A stretch of DNA of 64,000 nucleotides. Origin: a virus (Duplodnaviria > Caudoviricetes). A model generated the notes under the pieces. It made no database searches. It was not told the origin of the DNA and saw only the letters and a list, made by a program, of their open reading frames with translations. The stretch is taken from the IMG/VR virus record IMGVR_UViG_3300031555_003522, positions 143,862-207,861 of that record; one strand, given 5' to 3'. Positions 20,725 through 29,784 of this stretch are shown here, in pieces; position 1 is the first letter of the stretch, and the number at the start of each line of letters is the position of its first letter. A program made the position numbers and the translations under genes.

Positions 20725-23700
20725 CGTTTATTACTTTATATCACTATAAAGACTAGACTATATCTTCATCTTAAATACTATTACCATATTTGAGATGCTC
20801 CCCATTTCGAACTCTATCAAGAGCCCTACTCTACTCGGTTATTCTCATAGATCTTTCTTCTATGATATCCTTTCGATAGTCGTTGAACCTTCCTCTATTG
20901 AGGCTTGGCTGCTGATTGTCTCAATGAGAGTTCCCAGCAATTAAAGGAGATTCTACATAATGTCACCACTATGCAGCCCTATTCTTAAGGAATTCGTTCT
21001 TCATTGTAATTAGGCATGCACGCTCATTATCAGAGTGAGCATTTGTGCAGTATCTATCCATAAAATCATTCAAAAGAATACCTACACAATATGCAAGAAT
21101 ATTTATAATGGAATATCTTAATCCATCCTGAGGTATAATTACCATTGGGTCAACTAATCTATCCATCTCAATCATATCATCATCAACAAAACTATATTCT
21201 GTAACCTTTCCAATTACAGGTTCTGTCTTTATTTCTCCATCATCGATAAACGTAGCAGCATCTACATTTTGTGTCTTAATCTTCATAGGAATCTCACAAC
21301 ACATTTGTCTTACATACTGATACCATCCATCAAATGATACAATTGCACTCGCTTTGTTCATATAGGATCGCAACTCCATACAGTTCTCTTATGAACTTCT
21401 ATATGTTTCCATATAGGCCAGACTATATCATCACCCTACTATGGGTGCCTCCCATTTCGATTTAAAAGGTCTTATTTGGACATCGCCTTACCCCATTATA
21501 AGCTTGGGCTCTACTCTACTAAGTTCATCTATAGATGCTTTTCGATAGTCGTTGAACGTTCCTCTGTGCGAGGATTCGCTGCTGATTGTCTTTTATAAAT
21601 TAATAAGAAGATTTTCCAGCAATTAGAGAGGTTATCGACGCATGTTTCCATGCAAAGGGACGTAAATATCTTCATCCGTGTCCTGAATAATACTGACAGA
21701 TCTGACTAGAGAATCCATCTTAGCCAATCTATCAATAATCTGCTTATTATAATATACATACTCATACAAGATATCTGTTAGAGCTTTAAGCGGCTCTATA
21801 ATATTCTCTGGAGGCTCATTAGGATCCATAAATGGAGCATCGAGACTCTGAAGTATGAATAGTATAGCTTGTGTGACAGGAGCGTTATCAATGAAATGAT
21901 ATAGATTATTCTTATAGAAGAGTCTATCGAGTTCATCTTGATTGAGCTTAGATAGAATTTCCCAAATTATATGCATTTCATCTTCACTAGGCACCCATCC
22001 ATATCCAGTACTAGAAAGTAACTGGAAGAAGGTTTCTTCAATAGAAGCATGAATAGTAATAATACCATTACTATTGAAATGATGCTCTTCTGTAAGCACC
22101 GTATGAATAAATTCAACGAGTTCATTCATGGAACTCATTGGTACATTATTATTTAAGAAAGATTCTAGGAATAGCGCGGCAGCACTATTGCAAGATCTAC
22201 CTTGAGTTGTAACACTGGAAGCAGTATAAAGATTATAGAAAATACAAGAATACTGCCCAGTAGCTCCATAAACAATATATTCAAGTGGTTCATTACTCCA
22301 CCCAGTTCTCTTATGAACTTCTTTAGCTTTCACCAAAGTTTAGACTATATCTTCATCCATAAAGGATGTCCAGTACAGGATCTCATGATTTGAGACCTCT
22401 TAGTCGTTGAACCTTCCTATTTCTAGGCTCGGCTGCTGATTGCCTATTGTACCATCCTTCTACTATTTCCATTTAGGCAAGAAGGCTTTAAGGTGTCCCA
22501 GCAATTCTCTGGATTTAATCGATACCATTACTGGTAAAGTGGACCTTAGTTAATCCATTCATCTGGAGCTTTAAAAATACCATCATTTTCATGATGGGTT
22601 AGACTATATCTTCATTCATTTAAGAATGGTCTCTGTTTCGAGCATTAAGCCCTACGTCTTTCGACTAGTCGTTGAACGTTCCTCTAAACAAGGCTTCGCT
22701 GCTGATTGTCCAATCTCTATATTTTCAAACATTCACGATTACTCTTTCAAGTTGCGTTGTAGTTATAGAGCTCTAAGGAGTTTCCAGCAATTAAGAGACT
22801 TTAACGACACCAATGGATTTAATTTAGCGTCGATCTTACGCAAGTACCTCATATCGCTATGAGGGCTAGACTATATCTTCATCTATATCTCTATTACCAA
22901 GATATAGATGCTCCCCATTTCGAGTTCACTAGAACTCTACTCTACTCGGTTATTCTCATAGATCTTTCTTCTATGATATCCTTTCGATAGTCGTTGAACC
23001 TTTATAAATCAGAATCAGTAATACAGAATTTCATATTAGTTTTTTCTTTCACAACTATGGCTACAATCTGATATTCATCTCTGTATACTATTTCAAGATT
23101 AGAACCATCAGACTCTAATCTTATCACATTGATGCTTTTATTCAATGCCGCTTTCTTTATTTCTCGAATAGCTTTATTGAATTTTCGATTACCTTTCTCT
23201 GTAAAGTAAGATATAGTACCATGAAGTATATCAAAAGGTCTTTCTAAATATCTATCAAAATACCATGATAATCTAAATGCTTCATCTTCATCGAAGATAT
23301 CATCGAGACCAACAAGAATTCCAGTATGTGGTCTACTACACCCAGATTCATATTCATATCTATAATACACATATCTCACTTCCTTTCTGATTTATACTTG
23401 GCTGCTGATTGTCTCAGTGAGAGTTCCCAGCAATTAAAGGAGATTCTACATAATGTCACCACTATGCAGCCCTAAAATTAAGGAGTAGCTGAAGTAGATT
23501 ATATTTCTCAAAATCTTCAGATCCTTTAGGATACTTGAACATTTCTTTCTTCATAGCTTTTCTATCATTTATAAAGCCATCGATCATTCCATACAGTGGA
23601 TTAGGAACAGTTCCGTGTCTCTTAAACAATACACCATAGGAAGTTATAATAGGTTCTTTATCCATGATATAGTTTGCCATATAACTCAAGGTAGAGTTGA

Positions 23701-23908
23701 TTTGTTTGTGGGTATAGTTATTATCCACCACCACAGGAGTATCTTTAAAATGTTGCGAAATAGACCAATCTATTGCAGCAGATAATTCTCCCTCAGATAG
23801 TAGCGGGAAGTTAAAGTGCAGCATATCCATACATATTCGCTTGTATTCTGCTAGTGCTTTTACATCCGGATATGTCGCATATACTGTTCTATTCGTTATA
23901 AAACCCAT
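20022..23908 (-). CDS. Family B DNA polymerase catalytic (motif B/C) subunit, spliced from 6 exons: 23908-23481, 22838-22826, 22559-22553, 22272-21674, 21349-20988, 20724-20022 (703 aa)
   Basis: Exon lengths 428+13+7+599+362+703=2112 nt in frame; reconstitutes QLLLKIDANGFYGATG (motif B), QDTDSAIV (motif C) and KNEFLFKR..KKHYA. Confidence 0.9.
20725..20987 (-). mobile_element. Group I intron pol-I5 (263 nt, no ORF)
   Basis: P AATTGCTGGGAA, Q AATCAGCAGC, R GTTCAACGACTA, S AAGATATAGTCT; P1 CCU/GGG with U.G; P10 GAAU/AUUC; ends in G. Confidence 0.9.
20988..21349 (-). CDS. DNA polymerase exon 5
   Basis: SAIVSFDGWY...ITMKNEF; part of ORF 20969..21379. Confidence 0.85.
21350..21673 (-). mobile_element. 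Group I intron pol-I4 (324 nt, no ORF), splits DTD|S
   Basis: P/Q/R/S elements present; P1 GGAU/GUCC; terminal G followed by AGT (Ser). Confidence 0.9.
21674..22272 (-). CDS. DNA polymerase exon 4 (YG of motif B to DTD of motif C)
   Basis: YGATGQYSCIFYN...SIIQDTD; part of ORF 21632..22336. Confidence 0.88.
22273..22552 (-). mobile_element. Group I intron pol-I3 (280 nt, no ORF)
   Basis: P AATTGCTGGGA, Q AATCAGCAGC, R GTTCAACGACTA, S AAGATATAGTCT; P1 UGGAU/GUCCA; ends ..ATATTG. Confidence 0.88.
22560..22825 (-). mobile_element. Group I intron pol-I2 (266 nt, no ORF)
   Basis: P/Q/R/S present; P1 GACGCU/GGUGUC; P10 AAUCCAUU/AAUGGAUU; ends ..CCAGATG. Confidence 0.88.
22839..23480 (-). mobile_element. 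Group I intron pol-I1 (642 nt) carrying an ORF in the P6 loop
   Basis: P/Q/R/S present; P1 CCU/GGG; P10 AUUUUA/UAAGAU; core nearly identical to pol-I5. Confidence 0.9.
23002..23379 (-). CDS. Intron-encoded protein of unknown function (no homing endonuclease motif recognised)
   Basis: 125 aa with AAAGGAAG RBS, enclosed by a 12-bp stem (23003-23014 / 23385-23396); no LAGLIDADG, GIY-YIG or HNH motif seen. Confidence 0.7.
   Translation of the reverse strand: MRYVYYRYEYESGCSRPHTGILVGLDDIFDEDEAFRLSWYFDRYLERPFDILHGTISYFTEKGNRKFNKAIREIKKAALNKSINVIRLESDGSNLEIVYRDEYQIVAIVVKEKTNMKFCITDSDL
23481..23908 (-). CDS. DNA polymerase exon 1
   Basis: ..NDRKAMKKEM..YNLLQLL, pre-motif-B helix; AGGAGAG RBS; AACT-N6-TA at 23936-23947. 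Confidence 0.88.
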
Positions 23909-24047
23909 AAAACACTCTCCTTTATTATTTTAAATTACTATAAAGTTTTAGATCGAGTCAATGTCAACCATTTACACTCATAATGACAATATGTAATTAA
24001 TCAACATTTAATTAAAAATCGTACCCTATCTGAGGAGGTTATATTAT

Positions 24048-24503
24048 ATGATTTTTAAGAATGATGCTCCTAATGACGCTTTCAAAGAGAGCGTTCTTGG
24101 TGGAACTAATGTAGTTATGGAAAATACTCTTCGCGATCCTAATCAGTATCGTGAAGCTGTTCTTTTTGAAGCCCTTGCAGGTATGCCTGCTAAGCGTATT
24201 CGCGAATTTGTCATCTCTCCCGAAGCTAAGATGATGGTTAATGAAGGTATTATGAAGCAGGAGGCAATCGATCGTCTTGCTTCTCATCATGATAATAAGA
24301 TCCTTAATACTACCATTTGCCAGCTTGCTAAGGAAGCAGATGACCCGCTGTGGCAGGAATTTGTTGCTGCTCGCATCCAGGAACGTAGGGTAATGAACGA
24401 ATTGCTCGAAAAGTATGGTGCTCAGGCTCATACTGTTGCAGATAATGCATATGAGAATTTTGTTGCCCCCAACCTGCCTAAATATTTTGATGATAATGCC
24501 TAA
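24048..24503 (+). CDS. Hypothetical late protein (probable head protein)
   Basis: 151 aa; GGAGG RBS; AACA-N6-TA at 24003-24014; xxE-S/A/G protease-type sites. Confidence 0.65.
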   Translation: MIFKNDAPNDAFKESVLGGTNVVMENTLRDPNQYREAVLFEALAGMPAKRIREFVISPEAKMMVNEGIMKQEAIDRLASHHDNKILNTTICQLAKEADDPLWQEFVAARIQERRVMNELLEKYGAQAHTVADNAYENFVAPNLPKYFDDNA

Positions 24504-24548
24504 AAATAATGGGATAGCTTAAAGCTATCCCATTTTTTCTTTTAGATA

Positions 24549-24599
24549 TATATTATTAGTATGAAAGTACTTTATTATTCTTCCTGAAACAATAAAGTA
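24549..24599 (+). promoter_or_regulatory. Tandem early (TATATTAT..TGA) and late (AACA-N6-TA) promoter motifs upstream of the RNAP subunit
   Basis: TATATTATTAGTATGA at 24549-24564; AACA ATAAAG TA at 24588-24599. Confidence 0.6.
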
Positions 24600-24620
24600 A
24601 CGCAGAAAGGAGACTGACAT

Positions 24621-26840
24621 ATGGAAAGTGCAAAAGAATTAGGGTGTTTAAGATACCCAGAAAACTATGGTATGTATGCCGACATCATAGAAGGTAAGCA
24701 AGTCTGTATTCATACAGATGATCTTACTACTGGCACTTGGGACAGACATTATACATCTGTGTTAAATCTATTTAAAGATGGAATTGCTACAGAAGAAGTC
24801 CAGGGTGCCTTTATTCATGTACACTTTATAGATGGAGTAGATCTTGAGATTGCTCTTACAGATTATTTGCTTAATCTTATTATGTGGAATATGCTTATAA
24901 GAACGGGAACCCTTATCTGTTCTTATCATGTATTTTTCGCCGATGAGATCAAGAAAGATACAATTAAGGATTATATTGATAAGTTTCTTATTGATGAAAA
25001 TCGTAAGAGATATACTAATATGGAACTTAATAACATCATTGACGATACTCTTTATAGAATTCATGATATAGATGAATTCGCATTCTTCTTTGCAAATACT
25101 GTTAATCTTGAAGATAATGTATTCTTGATGCAGAGATGTGAAGAATTCAATGAATGTATGCATGCAGATTTGTCTGGTGTAGCTATTGAAGATGTAAAGT
25201 CTGTTGGCATGGGATATGCTAATAAAGCTATCCATATTATGAAGAATGCTAGTCAATATCTTGGATTCGATCACTGCTTAGCGGATGCATGTAGAGCATC
25301 AGAAGGCATTAACCCTAAACAGTTTAAAGAATTTACTATTAATATTGGTAGTAAACCTGATGGTCATGGAGGTATCTTCCCAGCCATTATCAACAAGTCT
25401 TTTATTAATGGTGGTGTTTCTACACCATTAGACTATTTTATTGAGTCTTCTACAGGTCGTACAGCTCAGATAATCAAGTATAATAACGTTGGTTCTTCTG
25501 GTCATTTTGCACGGCTTCTTGGACTTAATAACATGGATTCTTATTTGAATGAGAATCCAAATTATGACTGTTATAGTCGTAATTTCTTGGTCATCACTAT
25601 CAAGGATAAGAAGACCCTTAAGATGCTTAATAACAGATATTATAGACTCAATCCTAGGGGTAAAGAGTTGTTAATATCTGCATCGAAAGATAAGCATCTT
25701 ATAGGAAAAACAATTTATCTTAGATCTCCAGTTACTTGTGCATCTGCTGCAAGAGGTCAGGGAATCTGTTATAAATGCTATGGTGATTTAGCTTATACTG
25801 TCTATGATGCAGAGGTGCAAGCTGGTGTCAATATAGGCCGTATTGCTAGTGAGACACTATCATCTAGCCTAACCCAGAAATTGTTGTCTGCTAAACATCT
25901 TCTCGAAACATTTGCAGAAAAGGTTTCTTGGGTTAGAAAATTTAATGAACTCTTTGAAGTTGAAGGTAATGTGATTAAGCTTAATTCTGAAATTGAATAT
26001 AAGGGATTAAGATTAATAATTGATCCTGAAATGATTGAATTAGAGAATGAAGAAGATGACGATCTTGGATTTTCTGATGATGATGAGGAAGGCGGCGCAC
26101 CTATCTATAATGAGTATATTGTAGATTTTGATGTTATCGACGAGAATATTCCTGAATATCATCATATCTCAAATGATAAAAACGTTAAACTTTATATCTC
26201 TAATGAATTGAGATCTATTATTCGTAGAAAAGGTGAGCCAATAGAGGGAAAGCATTTTATAGATTTCACAGATATTAAGGATGCTCCTATATTTATTATG
26301 CCCATTCAGAATAATGAACTCTCTAAAACTCTTGAGCACCTTGAAGGATTGCTTAATAAAAATAATACGATGAAAGGTATGAATCTAAACCAGCTTCTGC
26401 AGTCTCTTATTGACACGGTTATTGAAGGTAGACTTAGTGTAGCATCTACTCATCTTGAAGTAATTCTGTCAAATCAGGCTCGAGATCCTGATAATATTCT
26501 CGAAAAACCTAAGTGGTTCTTGTTTAATCCTGGTTATGAGATTCTATCTCTTAATAGGGCTCTTACATTGAACCCTGCAGTTACTATATCTTTGAGTTAT
26601 CAAAAGGTAGGTAAGTCTCTATATAGTCCTATTACATTTAAGAAGAAAGGTTCTTCTTTTATGGATCTATTCTTTATGGAGAAACCGCAATATGCAATTA
26701 GTGGAAAAGAGCCTCCTGTTAAAGATGAATATATTCCTACTCCTGGAGAGCTCTATGAACCTATTACCTTTATTGATGATCCAGATAAAGTTACAGTATC
26801 TGCTCAATCTCTTTCTGATGATGAGGAGGAAGAGGAATAA
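24621..26840 (+). CDS. Multisubunit RNA polymerase beta'-like C-terminal subunit (probable non-virion RNAP)
   Basis: LRSPVTC..GICYKCYG zinc site, NIGRIASETLSSSLTQKLLSAKH trigger loop, THLEVILSNQ; bridge-helix-like SSGHFARLL. Confidence 0.88.
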   Translation: MESAKELGCLRYPENYGMYADIIEGKQVCIHTDDLTTGTWDRHYTSVLNLFKDGIATEEVQGAFIHVHFIDGVDLEIALTDYLLNLIMWNMLIRTGTLICSYHVFFADEIKKDTIKDYIDKFLIDENRKRYTNMELNNIIDDTLYRIHDIDEFAFFFANTVNLEDNVFLMQRCEEFNECMHADLSGVAIEDVKSVGMGYANKAIHIMKNASQYLGFDHCLADACRASEGINPKQFKEFTINIGSKPDGHGGIFPAIINKSFINGGVSTPLDYFIESSTGRTAQIIKYNNVGSSGHFARLLGLNNMDSYLNENPNYDCYSRNFLVITIKDKKTLKMLNNRYYRLNPRGKELLISASKDKHLIGKTIYLRSPVTCASAARGQGICYKCYGDLAYTVYDAEVQAGVNIGRIASETLSSSLTQKLLSAKHLLETFAEKVSWVRKFNELFEVEGNVIKLNSEIEYKGLRLIIDPEMIELENEEDDDLGFSDDDEEGGAPIYNEYIVDFDVIDENIPEYHHISNDKNVKLYISNELRSIIRRKGEPIEGKHFIDFTDIKDAPIFIMPIQNNELSKTLEHLEGLLNKNNTMKGMNLNQLLQSLIDTVIEGRLSVASTHLEVILSNQARDPDNILEKPKWFLFNPGYEILSLNRALTLNPAVTISLSYQKVGKSLYSPITFKKKGSSFMDLFFMEKPQYAISGKEPPVKDEYIPTPGELYEPITFIDDPDKVTVSAQSLSDDEEEEE

Positions 26841-26966
26841 ATATATAAGGTGGACAATTTTGTCCACCTTATTTTTTTTTTGAAAAAATTAACCTTTTCA
26901 GGGATATAATATAACTATGAAAGCATATAAATCTAAGAAATCTTATATGTGTAAAAGGAGAATCAT

Positions 26967-27575
26967 ATGAAAATTAAAATGACAATGGATGAGAGAGTAG
27001 TATATGAGACTGATAAAGGATATCAGTTTCTCGTTATGTATGTAAATCAATTTGGGGCTATCATAGCTCCGTTAAGAGAGAAAAAATATTATCACATTAG
27101 TGATTTAAGTATTGGAGACATGGCTGTAGCTATAGACCAAATGGCTATGCATGAATTCAAATGGTTCTATAAAGCTGGAGTGAAAGAAGTCCTTCAGGTC
27201 GATAATGTGCAATATACAAAAATCATCAATGCAGTTCAAAGAATGCTTATGGGCGATACTAAAAATATGCCTGGCATTGGACTTTGTTTTTCTGATGAGG
27301 CTGAAGACATTGCAGAAAAGCTTGTAGAATCAAGATCTCCTGAAGCCATAAAGATGTCTATGAAATATTTTGATCTCTTAAAGGGTTGCGATCTAACTGA
27401 CAGATCTGGACGCAAATATCCTAGAAGGAAAATGTATTCTGGATCTGAAACTATTACCATTTCTCTGCAAAAAGTTGATAAACTCATTGAGATGTATGAT
27501 GTAGATAGAACTACAGCAGAGATTATGATTAAAAATGCAAAAGAGAAAGTTGATTACTTTAAAAGTAATCAATAA
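26967..27575 (+). CDS. Hypothetical early protein, degenerate PemK/MazF-like fold plus helical repeat
   Basis: FLVMYVNQFGAIIAPL..AIDQMAM..IINAVQRMLMG; paralogue of 13221-14774. Confidence 0.5.
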   Translation: MKIKMTMDERVVYETDKGYQFLVMYVNQFGAIIAPLREKKYYHISDLSIGDMAVAIDQMAMHEFKWFYKAGVKEVLQVDNVQYTKIINAVQRMLMGDTKNMPGIGLCFSDEAEDIAEKLVESRSPEAIKMSMKYFDLLKGCDLTDRSGRKYPRRKMYSGSETITISLQKVDKLIEMYDVDRTTAEIMIKNAKEKVDYFKSNQ

Positions 27576-27630
27576 TTGTATATTATCAAATTGAATAAGG
27601 ATGATTAATCATCTTTGTTTAATATAATAT

Positions 27631-27748
27631 GCGGGTAGGAGCATGGTATACTCATTCTCCTACCAGTTCCTAACCCGTGGTAGAATGTGGCTACCCGGGA
27701 TCGCCTGGTTATCCGGGCGACCGTTAATTACCAGCATAGCTGGATTAT
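27631..27748 (+). ncRNA. Candidate structured RNA or 5' leader (GC-rich, four hairpins)
   Basis: GGTAGGAG/CTCCTACC; CCCG-GGTAG/CTACC-CGGG; TCGCCTGG/CCGGGCGA; CCAGC/GCTGG; possible closing GCGG/CCGT. Confidence 0.5.
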
Positions 27749-27768
27749 AAATAAAGGAGAATGAAATT

Positions 27769-27990
27769 ATGAGCGAATTTGAAAAAACTAATGAAAGTAA
27801 TCTTACCGAAGCTATGATCATCGAAGATGAAAAGGTTACCGCCAAAAAGAAGGAAACATGGGATATGATTTTTCTCATTTGTCCTAATCAGGCAGAAGTC
27901 CTAATTAAGGCATACGAAGAAAAAGGCCCTGAGTTTCTGAGCAAGGCAAAAATTATTATTGAATCAGAACCCGCTGAAGCTCCGGCATAA
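27769..27990 (+). CDS. Small hypothetical protein
   Basis: 73 aa, AAAGGAGA RBS. Confidence 0.65.
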   Translation: MSEFEKTNESNLTEAMIIEDEKVTAKKKETWDMIFLICPNQAEVLIKAYEEKGPEFLSKAKIIIESEPAEAPA

Positions 27991-28131
27991 GTTTCAGTGG
28001 CCCAATCATCTCCTTCTTTGGTACTAGGTACCAGAAAAGAAAAGCATCTTCGGGTGCTTTTCTTTTTTTTTTTGTCTAATTGGCCCATTTTAGGTTTATA
28101 TAGGATCTTTAACTATTAATTGAGGTGATAA

Positions 28132-29652
28132 ATGATGACAAAAATCATTATATATCGTACCCATATAGAAATTACAGATTATATGATGGGAGATTGTCCT
28201 ATTGTAGAGAAGACCTTCTCTATTTATGATATGACTTATCATAAAAGATTTCCAAAAGGAATGCTTTATGATAAAGAAAGAAAAGTATTAATGCTTCCAA
28301 GAGGTATTAATATTGGTTTTTTAGAACGAGTATTTCAAGTAGAGCCTATAATAGATAGCACAGTAGATCCTATTGGTGATATTGGAGAGGTTATGCTTAG
28401 ATATAAACCAAGGGATGAAGATCAAAAAGAGGCTATAAAGTTTATGCTTAGTATGGATAAGTATTTCCGTAATGAGCACGCTACCATGATGTCTGTTAAT
28501 CTAAATACTGGTAAAGGTAAAACATATTGTGCTATAGCTGTAGCAGCATTCTTAAGAATTAGATCTATAGTTATAACTGATAGTATAGGATGGCTAGACC
28601 AGTGGAAGAAGTTCTTTATGGAGTATACAGATATTAAAGAAGAAGAAATATATATGATATCTGGAGCTCCATCTCTTATGAAATTATATAATAGAGATAT
28701 GACTAAGTATAAAGTTATTCTTTCTACTCACTCTACTATTAGAAGCATAGGAGACAGCCAAGGATGGAATAAAATAACAGATTTCTTTAGATATTGCCAA
28801 ATTGGTATCAAATTCTATGATGAAGCTCATTTAAATTTTGATAATATGTTTCAGATAGATTGCTATACCAATACTAATGTCACATATTATCTTACGGCTA
28901 CACCTGGTAGAAGTGATATGAAAGAAAATGCAATATTCAATTTATACTTCAAAAATGTACCATCTATAGATCTATTTAATAGAGATGTAGATCCTCACAC
29001 GAAATATGTAGGTATAAGATTTAACTCAAATCCAACTCCGATTGAAGTATCTAGATGTAAGAATAATTATGGACTTAATAGAATAGCATATACGGATTAC
29101 ATTGTGAGGAATGAGAACTTCCAAAAATTGCTCACAATACTGGTTACTATGGCTATTAAGAAACCAGGAAAACATTTATTCTATATAGGAACTAATGATG
29201 CAATCTTATATGTAAGAAATTGGATATATGAGCATTTTCCAGAACTGATTAATCAGGTTGGTATATATACCAGTATTATTCCAGCAGAAAAGAAAGCTGA
29301 ACAACTAGAAAGAAAGATAATTCTAAGCACTACAAAATCTGCTGGAGCTGCTATGGATATAAAAGGTCTTGTAGAAACTGTAAATCTTGCAGAACCTTTT
29401 AAATCCAGAGTGCTAGCTCAACAAACGTTTGGACGAACTAGAGATGCTGATACAATATATAAGGATATTGTAGATAATGGATTTCTTTATACAAAATCAT
29501 ATTATGATTTTAAGAAACCTGTATTTAAGAAGTATGCTACAGAATGTCTTGAAGTTCGTATGCTTGATAGTGAATTAGATAGTAGACATCAAAGTATACT
29601 ATTTGAAAGATCTAAATTAGAGCAACCAATAGAATTTGATATAAAGGACTGA
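28132..29652 (+). CDS. Superfamily 2 (UvsW/XPB-like) DNA helicase
   Basis: Walker A LNTGKGKT, motif II YDEAH, motif III TATP, motif VI QTFGRTR. Confidence 0.88.
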   Translation: MMTKIIIYRTHIEITDYMMGDCPIVEKTFSIYDMTYHKRFPKGMLYDKERKVLMLPRGINIGFLERVFQVEPIIDSTVDPIGDIGEVMLRYKPRDEDQKEAIKFMLSMDKYFRNEHATMMSVNLNTGKGKTYCAIAVAAFLRIRSIVITDSIGWLDQWKKFFMEYTDIKEEEIYMISGAPSLMKLYNRDMTKYKVILSTHSTIRSIGDSQGWNKITDFFRYCQIGIKFYDEAHLNFDNMFQIDCYTNTNVTYYLTATPGRSDMKENAIFNLYFKNVPSIDLFNRDVDPHTKYVGIRFNSNPTPIEVSRCKNNYGLNRIAYTDYIVRNENFQKLLTILVTMAIKKPGKHLFYIGTNDAILYVRNWIYEHFPELINQVGIYTSIIPAEKKAEQLERKIILSTTKSAGAAMDIKGLVETVNLAEPFKSRVLAQQTFGRTRDADTIYKDIVDNGFLYTKSYYDFKKPVFKKYATECLEVRMLDSELDSRHQSILFERSKLEQPIEFDIKD

Positions 29653-29784
29653 TATTTACCCGTAGAGAGATAATGCTCTCTACGGGTATTTTCGTTAAAT
29701 AAAATAAGTTTAAAGATATAATATAATTATGAATAGATGAGAAATATTTCTCATCTATATCATTTATTTAAGGAGGCCAGAAAA

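Noticed and set aside
22202-22862. Short plus-strand ORFs 22202-22393 and 22626-22862
   Set aside because: Antisense to polymerase exon and intron cores; no coding signal
20022-23908. Polymerase as a pseudogene, intein host or stop-codon-recoded gene
   Set aside because: The gaps contain complete group I cores and excise in frame; no intein termini; other genes read normally in code 11
27631-27724. tRNA gene
   Set aside because: No T-loop or D-loop consensus, 7-nt anticodon loop or CCA; kept only as an unknown structured RNA
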